Positions 25,691 to 37,629 of a DNA stretch of 64,000 nucleotides are shown here, one piece after another. The stretch's first letter is position 1. Each line of letters opens with the position of its first letter. This stretch comes from Camelus dromedarius (lineage: Eukaryota), in the NCBI RefSeq assembly GCF_036321535.1, contig NC_087437.1, positions 76,448,001 to 76,512,000 on the forward strand. The letters are read 5' to 3'. The position numbers and the translations under genes were made by a program. The notes below the pieces were generated by a model. The model searched no databases and was not told the DNA's origin. It saw nothing but the letters and a program-made list of their open reading frames with translations.

Positions 25691-27350
25691 ACCAGGAGTG
25701 GCCTTGAAGGACAGTGGAATGAGTGAATCTTTCTAATAAGCAGAGCTGGGAGTGGTGTACCTGGTCATCTCCTTTGTTTAGAGGAGGACAGGTTCTAGGT
25801 GAGAATATGTGGTTTACTGGCCAGTGGATAATGGCCTGACCATCTGTTCAGGGGCCAGGAAAGAAAAGGACTGGATAATTGGAGCCAAGGAAGTGTGGCG
25901 TGGAGGTATGTGGATGGACATATGGGAGTGGACACAGAGTGTGAAGACTTTTGTTTCACACATTAATATCTATCAGAAAGCATCTGTTTTGGAAGGGGCA
26001 CTTAGCAACCAAATAAACAAACTGTCTTGGCCAGTTGAGGTTAGTCAGGCTTTGTCATCAGACACCCTGCACCAGCATGATAGGCATGTGAATTCATGGA
26101 ATAGCTTCAGTGGCAGAGCTGGAAGTTAAGTATGGGCCCAACACATGGACTCTCACTTACCAAGGCTGATCTAGCTACTGTAGCTTCTGGATGTCCAGCC
26201 TGGCAGTCAAAGAGACCATCCCTAAGCTCTCAACATGGCACTGTTCCTCAAGGAGAATAACTGGCCACCCAGTGGCAAATTGACTATAATGGGCCTCTCC
26301 CATCTGGGAAGGGCCAGTAATTTGTCCTCACAAGGAGGAACAGAAGCTAGTTCAGGAAAGGGTTTGCCTTTCCTACCTGCAGAGCCTCAGCTAGCATTAC
26401 TATAAAGGACTTACACAGTATTCAGCCACTTTATGGTGATAAAGGTGCAAGAGTAGGCCCACGATCATGGGATCTCCTGGACTTACCACCGCCTCATACA
26501 TGCAGCCAGCCTCATGGAATGCTGGAACAGTCCTCTAAAGATAGAGCTAAATGGTGAGCTTTATGAGGCAACATTCTGAAAGAATGGGTTGTCACCCTTC
26601 AGGATACAGTGTAGTCATCAAACCAGAGACCTCTATGGTGCTGTGTCCCCAGTTGGAAGACTACAAGAGTCAAGTGGGATGGCAAAAGAGTGGTCTCATT
26701 TACAACACTCCCAACAACTTCTTATTGGAAGCATGTGTGCTTCCTGCCCTGCAAGTCCACACTAGGTTAGCTAAGGTCCTGGTTCCCAAAGGGGGCATAC
26801 TCTTCCTAGGGGCTACAGCGAGGGTCCCGTCAGCAACAAGAAATGGTTGCCACCAGGGTATTTTGTGCTCCTTATGCCCAGGGGCATGCAGATGAGGAGT
26901 CACCATATTCGGGTCATTGACTATGATGAGCAGGAGGTCAGGCTGCGTCTACAAAATAGCACAGGGAGGTATATGTCTGGAGCCCAGGCAAGCCATTTGG
27001 TGCCTCCCGTCGCTCCCCCGCCCTACTATTAACTGTGAACAGACTCATATGGCAAACCTAGCCTAAGAAGGGCATGATTACCAAGGGTTCAGACCCCTCA
27101 AGAATGAAAGTTTGCACCATGTCATCAGGTAAACCAATAGGAACAGCCGAGGCAATTGGTAAGTGCAATGGGAATCCAAAATGGATAGTGGAGGAGAAGA
27201 TGAGGACCACCTGCAGCCTTGAGATCAACTGCAGTGGGCGGGGATGTAGTTCATCCTGCTAACCTCCCTCCCTCTTCTGTTTCCCCCAGGAATACAGGCC
27301 TACAGGGACCATGGAGGCCTTGCTCCCTGAGGTGTGCACTTAGTAGCTAG
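25691..27350 (+). mobile_element. ERVL internal remnant: RNase H, integrase, dUTPase (5'-truncated)
   Basis: ORF 25809 'NGL...KDWIIGAKEVWRGGMWMDIWEW...FVSHIN' matches ERVL RNase H. 'QWQIDYNGPLPSGKGQ*FVLT' near 26270 matches the integrase. ORF 26847 'PPGYFVLLMP...VIDYD' matches dUTPase located after integrase, the ERV-L gene order. Confidence 0.9.
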
Positions 27351-27791
27351 TGTACAGTGTACCACTCAGATCTCTCACAGATGGGAGTGTACCTGACTGA
27401 GGGCCCCAGCTGTGGCTCTCTAGATCCATTATTTTCATGCTGAGGCTCCATTTCTCATGGATTGTTGGCACCAGAATGACTGAGTGGGGTATCCTAATGC
27501 ACAGCTATTCCTGTGAGGTAGGGGACACCTCTGAGGGTGGGTTAGGCTTTGAGGGGTCTTCATCAGCCTGAACTTAAACTTTCTTGCAATTGTGCTGCAG
27601 AGACTCTTGCTTCTCAGTCCTTCTACCTTCTCTCTTTCCTTCAAAGGGATCAGACATGCTAGGCAGTCTGAAGACTTTGCCTCCTCTGGCTTCCTCTCTG
27701 TTTTCAACCCTCACAGGCATTTCTCCAAGTAGATCTCTTATAAATCTAATCTCGTGCTTTGCATGAGCTTCTCAGAGGATCTGAACTAGTA
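27351..27791 (+). mobile_element. ERVL 3' LTR (LTR16-like)
   Basis: Follows the internal region; ends 'taaatctaatctcgtgctttgcatgagcttctcagaggatctgaactag'. Confidence 0.7.
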
Positions 27792-28735
27792 AATTTGGAC
27801 TTAGTTCTGGCAGGTGGTTAAGTTACTTGTGGACCAGTTTCATACCACCGAGGCTTGTTTTTTGAACAAGTCTAGTGTAGATACCATTGTCATGCTAGTT
27901 TAGCCCTACTTATGTAAGGTGTAACCTTCCTGGGATCCTAGTGAAAGTTTGGAGTATTCAGTGAGGACACTGGCTGGATAGAAATTGTGTTTCCCACTCT
28001 CATGCTAGTTTTGGGGAATTGTTTAGTGTTCAGCAGTGGACGCAAAGGTATCTGTATGCAAATTTCTGGGATTTTCTTCTCTGCATATGTTCCTCCTTGC
28101 TGATTCTCTGCCCTGAAAATTCAAGCCATCTGTCCCATTCAATACTAATCTTTTGTCTCAACTCAGCAAGGTTGCTCTGCTCTGCTAAAGCTCCTCCTCC
28201 TGCAAAGTGATCCAGAGTACTTAAACACAGAAAGGCAGGACAACAGTAGGGTTGGTCACCCTATTTCCCCTCCTCAGTGATCAGTCCTTTGCTACCAGTT
28301 GTCCAATGTCTGAAATGCTGCTTCACACAATTTTCCTAGCTTCTTGAACGAAGACAGCTCATCTTTTTGTGAAAGTTCTAATATATGTATTTAGAGGTAT
28401 AAGTTTCCCATCAGTATTTGCTTCACACTATCCCATAAGCTTTGATATATTGTATTTTCATTAGAATTCATTTCAAAATATTTTATAAATTCACTATAAT
28501 ACATAGTTTGACTTATGGGTCATTAGGAGTATGTTCCTTAAATTACAACCATTTGGGATTTTTTTTAATCTTTATGTTAACTGATTTCTGGTTTGCTTAA
28601 TACTCTAGGATTTCAATCTTTTGAATTCATTTAGCTGATTTGTGATCAATCAGATGGTTAGTGTTGGTAAGTGTCCTGGGTGTACCTTAAAAGAGTATGT
28701 ATTCTGAAATGTTTGGACATAATGTTTTATATTAT
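27792..28735 (-). mobile_element. Old L1 fragments, antisense
   Basis: 'tcccataagctttgatatattgtattttcatt' and 'aaaagagtatgtattctg' are antisense L1 ORF2 signatures. The left part is less certain. Confidence 0.6.
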
Positions 28736-30540
28736 GTCTCACTCTTATGCATCATGACAATACATAGCAAGTGGAAGGAGTTCAACACATATGAAATAAC
28801 TCAAAGGTTTTATCCTATTGGTGGTAATTCCAGACCATATGAGAGAGGATGATTATGAAGTCACATGGGTGTAGGCAGAGAGAAAATTATTTTTGGTAAA
28901 ATGGAACTTTAAAAAGGAACCTCAAATCAAAATGTGCAGTTCCTCTCCAGCACCATTCCAGTCAACATTAATACCAACCCTTTTTGTTATGGAAATTATC
29001 CCAATATTTTTCCTTCTTATATTTCTAGCAATTTTCCTTTCATTTGTTGTAAGCTCAGTATCACTATGTGACAGTAGAAAACAACCTCTTTGGAAAAAAT
29101 AATGACTGATTTATTAGGTTCATAGAGATACAAGAAATGGTTAATTTTATTTCTCCAAATGATTCATGATTGCTCCTGAGATTACATGAGTTTAGAAGAA
29201 TCTAGTATCTCTATCCAATGGTCAAATGTTTCAAGTAGAATCATTTTTTAATTTTCCAAGTTCTAGTGTCACTTTCTATTTCTTATAAACATCACTCAAG
29301 GTTAAAACTGTTACTAATGTACAGCTTCTAGGAAATACATTGAACCTTGCTACTTAACCCCTCTGCCAACTTTGTTCTGGACAATGAAATTTTGATGATA
29401 GAAAGAAGGAAGAATATGGATTTAGACAAGGCTAACAGCACACTTTCCAGGCTTAGAAGATGCCTCTGGTGCCCTCTCTCCCATCTCTTCTACCTCTGGT
29501 TCTAGCCGCAGCTCTGGTGAACACCTCTAGGCAGGTTTCACTGAGCTCTGTGCTGACAGTGCCTCACCTCAGGCGTGCATCAAGAATCTAGCTTCCTTCC
29601 CAAAGCTACCCTGATGCAGCATGTGTGATGGTGTGGCACCAGTGAGGCTCTCGTCCTGGAGGGTTAACACCCCATGGAAGTAGCCCTCAGCTACTGAGAG
29701 ATAAATGCTTCTCCTTTTCATCCCTCAGGCAGGCAGTTTCGAGACATAGTTTAATAAGAATCCTGAGAAGGTTCTGCACTAACTAGCCATGAACACTAGT
29801 GGCCCACTCAATAACACTACCTTGCTTTGCTTGGATTTTCTTTCCCTTTTCCCCTGTTCACTCCTGTCTCATTCCTGTTCCCTGGGATCACATTCCCAAA
29901 TAGATGTGTCTACCTTTGAAGGCCCTGCTTTCAAGAATAACCTAGATTAAGACACTAGGTAAATAGGTTGTTAGTAGATTAAATAATGTAGGAATATAAT
30001 TTCCCTTGACTCTGCACATGCTACAAGGAAACACTTATTTAGTTGGGAGCACAGTTTATGGTAATTTTGATGATTTTCCATCTTTTTCCTTTTTGAGAGT
30101 TCATCATCCATCATGATGTCTGAATGCCTGAAGAAAAAAAAGTTGGTACAAATTAGCTTATAATTGGAAAGGCAAATTTCTTTGTGATGACAGCTCTAAG
30201 CACTTTTTTCTTTGTGTGGGGACCCTCAGTTATGTGACTGGATAGTTCAATCCAATAAGGAGGAGCCCTCAGTCTACTTAACGAGGCAGAGCTTTTTGTT
30301 GCTTTGGAAACAACCATATCACATTTCTTATTCTCCTTGGTGAAAAGCTGGTGCTTTTACTGCTGTGATCCTTTCTGGCTAAGACTCTCAAGTAAACCTT
30401 AAAAATGTAAAAATTACTGGAATACTGTCAAGACTTTATTCATGAAAAACTGAAGAAACATCTTGAAAGATTCAGGGGTTATTAGGGATAAATTTAGGCT
30501 GCCCATATGCTAGCCCTGAGAAAAATGTTAGCAGTTATAA
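28736..30540 (-). mobile_element. Decayed Ty3/Gypsy pol: RT thumb/connection, RNase H and integrase zinc-binding domain
   Basis: Minus strand: LTFFSGLAYGQPKFIPN (30531-30481), SASLSRLRA (~DASxxGLGA), NYHKL..LNK (~TDHKPL), TYLPGK across the LTR junction then ALSK, IVI...LLEI*EG-NIGIISITKRVGINVDWNG, LPPI / KPFELFHM. Confidence 0.75.
29452..29954 (+). mobile_element. ERVL solo LTR (LTR33/LTR16-like) inserted in the Gypsy RNase H
   Basis: Ends 'cctgctttcaagaataacctagattaagaca'. TSD ccagg (29447-29451) / ctagg (29955-29959). Confidence 0.75.
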
Positions 30541-30544
30541 TTTT

Positions 30545-30975
30545 TTACTCATTTAAGGAATAGAAGACACTACAGAGAACATAATTGGTAAATTCCTCTC
30601 TCCTCACAGGAACTTATATTCTAGTGGTGAGGAAAGTGAGATAGTAAGGAAATTAAATAATTAAAATGCACGGCATTTCAAATAAAGGTTACAGATAAAA
30701 ATTAACTAGAAATGGGGGAATGAATGTGCAAGTTTTTTGTTTTGTTTTAATCTCTAGGTTTTACTGAAAAAAAAAATGACATTTGAACAAAACCTGAGGA
30801 GGAGTAAAGGGTCAGTCATATAGGTGTCTCGGGGAGGACCATTCAGGAAGCAAGAGAAGCCATCCCCAGAGCCCCGAAATGGAAAGAGGCCAGTGTGGTT
30901 TTAGAGATATGAGCATTAAAAGATGAAGTTAGAAATGGCATGGGGGAAAGGAGGCAATGGCAGATCATGTGAGAG
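30545..30975 (-). mobile_element. LINE-2 fragment
   Basis: 'ggaacttatattctagtgg', 'gacatttgaacaaaacctgagg', 'gaggccagtgtgg', 'ggcagatcatg'. Confidence 0.75.
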
Positions 30976-31224
30976 AGGGGTTCTCAATGGATGGAGGGCC
31001 ATACTATGCACCGAGCTGATGTTTTGAAAAACCAGGAGAACATTTAGGTATTACTATGATTGGGATGGTACTAGTGGGTAGGCAACATTTATGATAAAAG
31101 TACAATAATGTTTGGGACAGGTCCACGAACAAAGCATTTTTCTACATTTTGTGCATCTTTAAAATGCCCTGCTCCTTATTCCTGTAGATGTAAAACTTTA
31201 TTTATGCTAACTTCTAAATCCCAT

Positions 31225-33530
31225 TCATGGCAAGCCAGGTTACTGGGATACACTCTTCACTGAAAACAAGTAAACATCCCAGATAAAATATAGTTGATCG
31301 GTTCCGGAAAACGTTGGCTAATATTTTTTCAAGTCTTTTCCTGCCCCAGGCTCTCTCTCCTTCCTTTTTAGGATTTCGGTTTCATATATGTTAGATCACT
31401 TGATGGTATTCTATCAGTTATTAATGCTTTGTTTATTTAAAGTATCTCTCAGTTTACTTATATTCGGATGATTTCTAGTGACCAGACTTCAAGTTTAATG
31501 ATGCTTTCTACTACTGTGTCCAACCTACTGATAATTCTATCAAATTATTTCAGATACTGTATTTTTCAGTTGTGGGATTTCCATCTCATTAAAAAAATTA
31601 TCTGTATCTCTCTCAAAATTCTCTACTTCTTCACCCATTACATCTTATTTTAGTAAGATTCCTTAACATAGAAAATCCTAAAGAGGCTACTAGAAAACTA
31701 CAAGACCTTATGTACTAATTTTAACATCTGGACTGACTTATGATTTTATTGATTTATGAGAAAGGTGACACTGCAGGGCAGTAGGAAAAGAATGGTCTTT
31801 CAAGAAAAGGACCTGGGTAAGCTGGATAGCTATATGAAAAAAAAAAATTAACATTTACTGCGTACTCTACTAAAATCAATTCTACATGGTTAATAGATTT
31901 AAAAATTCAAAGAAAAACATTTTTTTTTAGATGATAACATAGGAGAAGGTTCCTGTAGGCAGTGATTTCTTAGGATAGCAAAGGCACTAACCATAAAAGA
32001 AGGCTGATAAATTAGACTTCCAGAAAAATTTTATAGTCATTAAAATTTAACAATGAGATAGTTAAAATGCAAGTCACAGGTTAGGAAAAGTGTTTTGTTT
32101 TGCTTCTTTTTTTTTTTTTTTTTTTTTGCAGTGCTCATAAATGAAAATGGCCTCACAACTAGAATATATAAAACAAATAGAAAAAGATAAACAACTCTCT
32201 CCCTGACCAAAAATGAAATAAAGAACCAAAAGGCATTTTACTAAAGCGGATATTCACATGACTAATAATTACATGAAAAGAGGCTCTCTTACATTAGTCA
32301 TCAGAGAAGTGTAAATTTTTTTTTTTTTTTTAAACAGAAGTGTAAATTGAAACCATACAATCACCAACCGTTGGTGAGGGTGTGGAGCAATGAAAACTCA
32401 TTATACACTGCTGCTGGGAGAGTAAATTTGAAAAACTGTTTGGCACTATCAACAAAACCTATGTTGGAGCTATTCTACTTTTAGGTGTATATCCCAATAG
32501 AAATGTGTATCTATGTGATACATATATATCTTTAGATACATATACTGATGAGTATAATAATGTTCACAGCAGTATTATTTGTAATAGCCCCAAGCCTGGA
32601 AGTAACATGAATAACCCAGTATCAATATAAGGGATCAGTCACAAAAGACATATTATATGATTCCATTTTAATAAAATGACCAGAACAGGTAAATCTACAG
32701 AGACAAAAAGTAAATTAGTGGTTACTGAGGACTAGAAAGGATGGAGGGTATCATAGGGGAGTGACAGCTAGACAGTATGCAGTTGTTTTGAGGTGATTAA
32801 AGTGTTGTACAATTGATTGTGCCTGCCAGTGGTTGCACTTACCCGTGAATACACTAAAGAAACATTAAACTATACACTTTAATAGATGAAAATTGTATGG
32901 TATGTGCACTGTATCTCAATATAACTGAAACTTAAAAAAACTGTATAAATGGTAAGCTGCAGTACATTCACACAATTAACTGCCATACAGCATAAAATAC
33001 AGACCTGTTACACACAACAATGGATGAATCTCAAATATATTATGGAGTGAAAGAAATAAACTACTAAAGAATATTTACTTAATAATTCACTTCATGTGAA
33101 ATTAAAGAAAAGACAAAACTAATCTGTGTATTTGAGGATAAGACAGTGGTTACACTTGGGGAGAAGTTACCCCTGGCTGGGCAGGGAGCTGGAGGAGCTA
33201 GGCATTCTCTATTTCTTGATCTGGGTATTGGTTGCAAGGTGTGTTTGTGTTAGTCTTTGAAAGTTTACTGAACTGTACATTTACAGTTTGCCCACTTTCC
33301 TGGATTTTATACTTCAACAAAAGTTCATTAAGATTTTTTTAAAAATCCAGTTCAGTAAGTTGCACTATTAGTACGCATTTAAAAGAAGAGCTAAAAGAAT
33401 ACGTAAGCATTTTGACAGTTAATTTTTGTGGGTTGGAATTATGCTGAATTTTAATGTTCTTCTATATACTTTTCAGTATTTTCCAAATTACCATTGTGGA
33501 CATGTATTACATTTATCACTAGAAAAAATG
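31225..33530. mobile_element. Composite old L1 fragments, mostly + strand ORF2 end and 3' UTRs
   Basis: 'cattagtcatcagagaagtg', 'gttggtgagggtgtggagcaa', 'tatatgattccattt', 'gtatctcaatataa'. Confidence 0.75.
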
Positions 33531-33904
33531 CTATAAGGATACAGTGGTCTGAGATCTCCTTGTATTACGTTTATACCAATTTAGTAACAGTGTAAGGACT
33601 CTGGCTTTTGCGCCCAGATAGGAAGGGATTGCCATTTTAGAGTGAAGGAGGGTGTGGCTGCTGGTCTGGGGATTTCCTGGCGGTCTTGCTGACTGCCAGG
33701 AACTCAGTAGCGGCCACCTGGCGGGGAAGAGCAGAGGTGCAAGTGTAGGGACCCAAAAAATTGTGAAGCCTCAGCAGGTGGGACCCAGTGAACCCAGCGA
33801 GTCGTAGTCCTTCTGGAACCTAAGTCCTTACTGCAGAACTGGTCGGACGAGGAGCCGAAGCTCTAGCCTCCGTGCTGGGTAAATGGAAAGATCAGAGCCT
33901 AATC

Positions 33905-34082
33905 ATTGTTATTCCTCTGTTTTATGTAAGGCCAGAAGCTGAGAGCGGTTTTTACATTAGTATGAGGTTGTTAAAAAAAAAAAAAAAAAAAAAAAGACAA
34001 ATAAGCCCCAAAGACTGTTCCTGGCCTGCAAACCCTAAAATATTTGCTACCTGGCTTTTCACAGAAGACTACCAATTCCTTG
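33905..34082 (+). mobile_element. hAT-Charlie MITE (MER58-like) with an internal poly(A) run
   Basis: 'ggcctgcaaaccctaaaatatttgctacctggcttttcacagaa'. Confidence 0.65.
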
Positions 34083-34289
34083 AATAAGAAACTCTAGGCT
34101 GAAAATTTTTAAGGTATTTTAAAATGTTACCTGGGTAAGCTCTTGCTGGTGAGGAGCCAGGTGGGGACTGGGCCTGCAAGGAAACTTTCGGTTAGGGTTA
34201 TCAGGAGATTTAGTAATGCCCAGGCTTGTCGGACACAGGAAGTCAGAATCCACTAAGGAGAGGGTAAAAGCTCATCTCTGGAGAATCCA

Positions 34290-34775
34290 GTCTGGACCGG
34301 GATGGTCAGGCACCGCGGGCCACACATCACTGGCACTTCCTGGCAGAGGGCTCCAAACGATAAGCCATGCTCACTGCAGCCCTCAGCGGACGGCAGAGGA
34401 GCGGTATTCAAGCAGGTAAGCAGCGTTGCCACGTCTGGAGATGCCAACGGAGCGTCTCGGGAGTTTTCTTTCCTGTTCTCTGCGGTGGGCAGCCCCGCCG
34501 ACTGAGCGCTCCGCCAGCGCATCTGTAACTTTTGGAGACGCGCCCTGTGGGTGCGGCCGCCTAGCGCCTGCGCAGTGCTGCTCGCCCGCTGCTCCCACGG
34601 CGCAGGCCCGGTGGGTCCTCAGCCCGGGAGGAGTGCGACCCCGCCTGGGTACCCGAGGGAGGAGGGAAGCTGGGCGGAAGGACGCGTACAGTGTTTTTTT
34701 GCGGAACTGTTTGAGTTAGTTGTGTACATCATAACTCTTCACCCTTAAATATGACCAATGTTTGCGGTACGCAAA
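34290..34775 (+). promoter_or_regulatory. CpG-island promoter candidate 1 with first-exon splice donor
   Basis: Dense CpG in an otherwise CpG-depleted window. NRF1-like GCGCCTGCGCA at 34564-34574, ETS cores at ~34335 and ~34675, donor CAG|GTAAGC at 34415/34416. Confidence 0.75.
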
Positions 34776-34829
34776 GGACAATTTCATTTTTTTCAGCCTA
34801 ATGTATCACTACTGTCTTGTAGGAGTTAG

Positions 34830-35075
34830 GGATTCTCCTACATCATTGCCGTGGCGCTATTGATTTTGGGCGTGACGATTCTTTGTTGTGGGGGAGGGGA
34901 GATGTCTTGTGCATTGCACAAGTGTTTAGTAGCATTTCTGGCCTCTGCTCATTAGATGCCAGTAGCAACCCTCCCTTCCCCTCCTCCGCTGGTGACAACC
35001 AAAAATGTTTTCAGACATTGTCAGATGTGTGTGGGGGGCAGGGCAGTGCAAAATCACCCCAATTGAGGACTACTG
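34830..35075 (+). mobile_element. MER20 DNA transposon
   Basis: 'attctttgttgtggggg...tttagtagcatttctggcctct...agatgccagtagca...tgacaaccaaaaatg...caaaatcaccccaattgaggactactg'. Confidence 0.9.
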
Positions 35076-37629
35076 TCCTATAGGATTGCAGGGTAGTGTC
35101 TTTAAGAAATGTATCATTAGGCTCTTCAGACACAAGAAGTCAGAATCCACTAAACGGTGTCACATTACTATAATGTAATATATAGGTCATATTAGAATTT
35201 CCTCGATTGTATCCCCCACCCTACGCCAAATCCTTTCTTGCCGTATTGTTGTTTGTAAAATATAAATCCAGAATTTAACAAAGATCGAGTCTCTAGTTAC
35301 TTTTAATTTAGACTATTTCCCCAGCCATTTTTGTTTATTTTTTTTGTGGCATTGACTTTTTGAAAAGTTTAGGCCAGCGGTTTTCCAGAATATCCTTCAA
35401 TTTGGGTACTCAGATTCATCCTCGCTGTAAGATTCACGTTGAATTTTTTGTTTTTGACTGGAATTCTCCTAGGTGATTTTATATCCATTTTTTTCTATTT
35501 CAAAGGACTCTCTAGCTGTTCCAACGTTTAATTTTATTAAGTCCATTTATCTCCCAGTGATTTGAGATACCACTTTATCACATACATAAATTTCCACATT
35601 GTACTTGGCTCTATATCTGTATTTTCTTTTTTTTCCACATAGATCTGCTTGACTACTCGTGGGCTAATATTTTACTGCTTTAATTATAGAAACCGTATAT
35701 TTTCCAATATCTCATAGATCTAGGCCTGCCTCATGCTGTTATCTTATTTTCTTTCCTGTTTTTTGGATAGTCTTGCTTATTTATTTTTTCCATGTAAATT
35801 ATAGAATCAAACTCCATAAAATTACTTTAAAATTGGCATCAATTTATGATTTTGCATTATTCAATTGAGGAGCAAGTTTTATTTTTCATTTTACTCAAGT
35901 CAGCAGTTTTGTATCTTTCAGGAAAGCTTTAAAGCTTCTCTCATATTGGTTTTGCACAATTCTTATTAGGTTTAGTCCTAGGATATTAAAAAAAATTTCT
36001 TTGGTAATGTAAATGAGTCATCTCTTCTGTTTTCCCCTGTAACTGCTTATTGCTTCAATATATGAACATATTGATTTCTGTATGTAATTTTATATCTTGC
36101 TATCTTAATCTCCTATTGCTTCTAGTTTTGCATTGATTATATTGGCATCTCTATTTACACTTACATAATTGCAGTGATTATTCATTTTAAAGCTCAAATT
36201 GCCCATCTTTGGCTTCTCTGTTCATTTGACAACCTCAAATGTCTTGATAGCTTCCTTGCTTTCAGACACTTTAATAAGAGTCCCAGTCTCATATTGGAAC
36301 AGTCTCATTTACTGCTCTAGACCCAGAATCAGCCATTTCTCAAAGGAGACTTCATTGCTTTCAGTGTAAAACGTATTTGGTGACCACAATCTGTGTACGT
36401 AAGGTTGTTCATGGCTAAAAGTCTTGTTACTTCTCAGACTTTTCAATACAAGTACTAGGGAATATGTAGTTTTTCAAAGAAAGATAAATCATAAATTTGT
36501 GCTGGTATTCCAATTCTAATGAAAGATTATAGAATTTTTTTTACTTCTTTAATTTTATATTGCATCTCTTTTCTCCTGAAAAGCATAGTTTCTAACAATG
36601 TTAACAGAATTGCTTGCTTTTTTCCATAATTTATATAATAACTTCAAAATAACTACCAATGTTATAATGCATTATAAGAATGCTAAATGCAGTTTAATAC
36701 AGCTGGGTTTATTTGATTCAGGTTGTTTTCAAATATAGGTTGCTTAATTTAAAATTCCAAAGTGGGACTAAAAAAAGCTAGTCTTTGATATTTCTAACAT
36801 TTTGAGTGTAATGTCTAACTCATTTATTTCTCTCATTTTTATAATATAAATATTTTCCATGAATCTTATTTCGAACACTCTTTAGCAGTATCTTATAAAC
36901 TCTGATAACATGTTTTCATGATTTTTTTCTAGAAATTTTCTGTATCAATTGGTATTTTTTCCCTGAGCCAAGCTATGTTTAGTAGAAAAAATTTAAATTT
37001 CAAGGTAGAAAGGCTATGATTGCTGTGGATTCCTACTTTTATTATTTTGTTGATGGAGAATATTATTTGTATTTTTCTTTATGTAACTTATACATGTATC
37101 TATATGTGACTGTAAACTCAATTATTCTAAATGTTTTTTGGTACCATTTTTTGATCTTGGACTAAGAAGCATACCAAAATTTGCTATATTTATGTGTTTC
37201 TAGTCTTTTTGAATCTCTTGTAGTTTCTGCTGAATGAAAGAAGCTACTGTTATTTGCTGCATATCTTTCATAAATATTTTATTTTCATGGCAAATTGTAG
37301 CCTTTAACATTATAAGGTGCTGTTTGACTTGGTAGTGGTTTTTTGAACTGAATACTACTTAATTGTATTTCAGAATCATAATTCTTTCTTTATATTTATA
37401 CTTTCTTGGTATTCCTTTGTGCAGCCTTTCATTGTTAGCATTTCTGAAATTACTTTGCTTTAGGTATGTCTTTGTCTTTTGTATAGAGCATAGAGTTGGG
37501 TTTTGCTTTGGAATCAACTGGTTTTTTTTGTCCTTTTAATGGGGGGCGGTTACGCTGTCTATTGGTTGATATGTTTGAACTCAGATATCTCATTTTATAT
37601 TATATTTATATGTAATATATAGCATATTT

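Noticed and set aside
28893..29102. 69-aa + strand ORF with a hydrophobic, TM-like stretch
   Set aside because: It is the antisense reading of the Gypsy integrase zinc-binding fossil.
24853..30540. Domesticated Gypsy gene (RTL/PNMA/GIN-like)
   Set aside because: Many stops, frameshifts and nested insertions, and catalytic and zinc-binding residues are mostly decayed, so it is a fossil.
34216..34748. Overlapping ORFs on both strands
   Set aside because: Expected from stop-codon scarcity in GC-rich CpG-island DNA; no recognisable protein.
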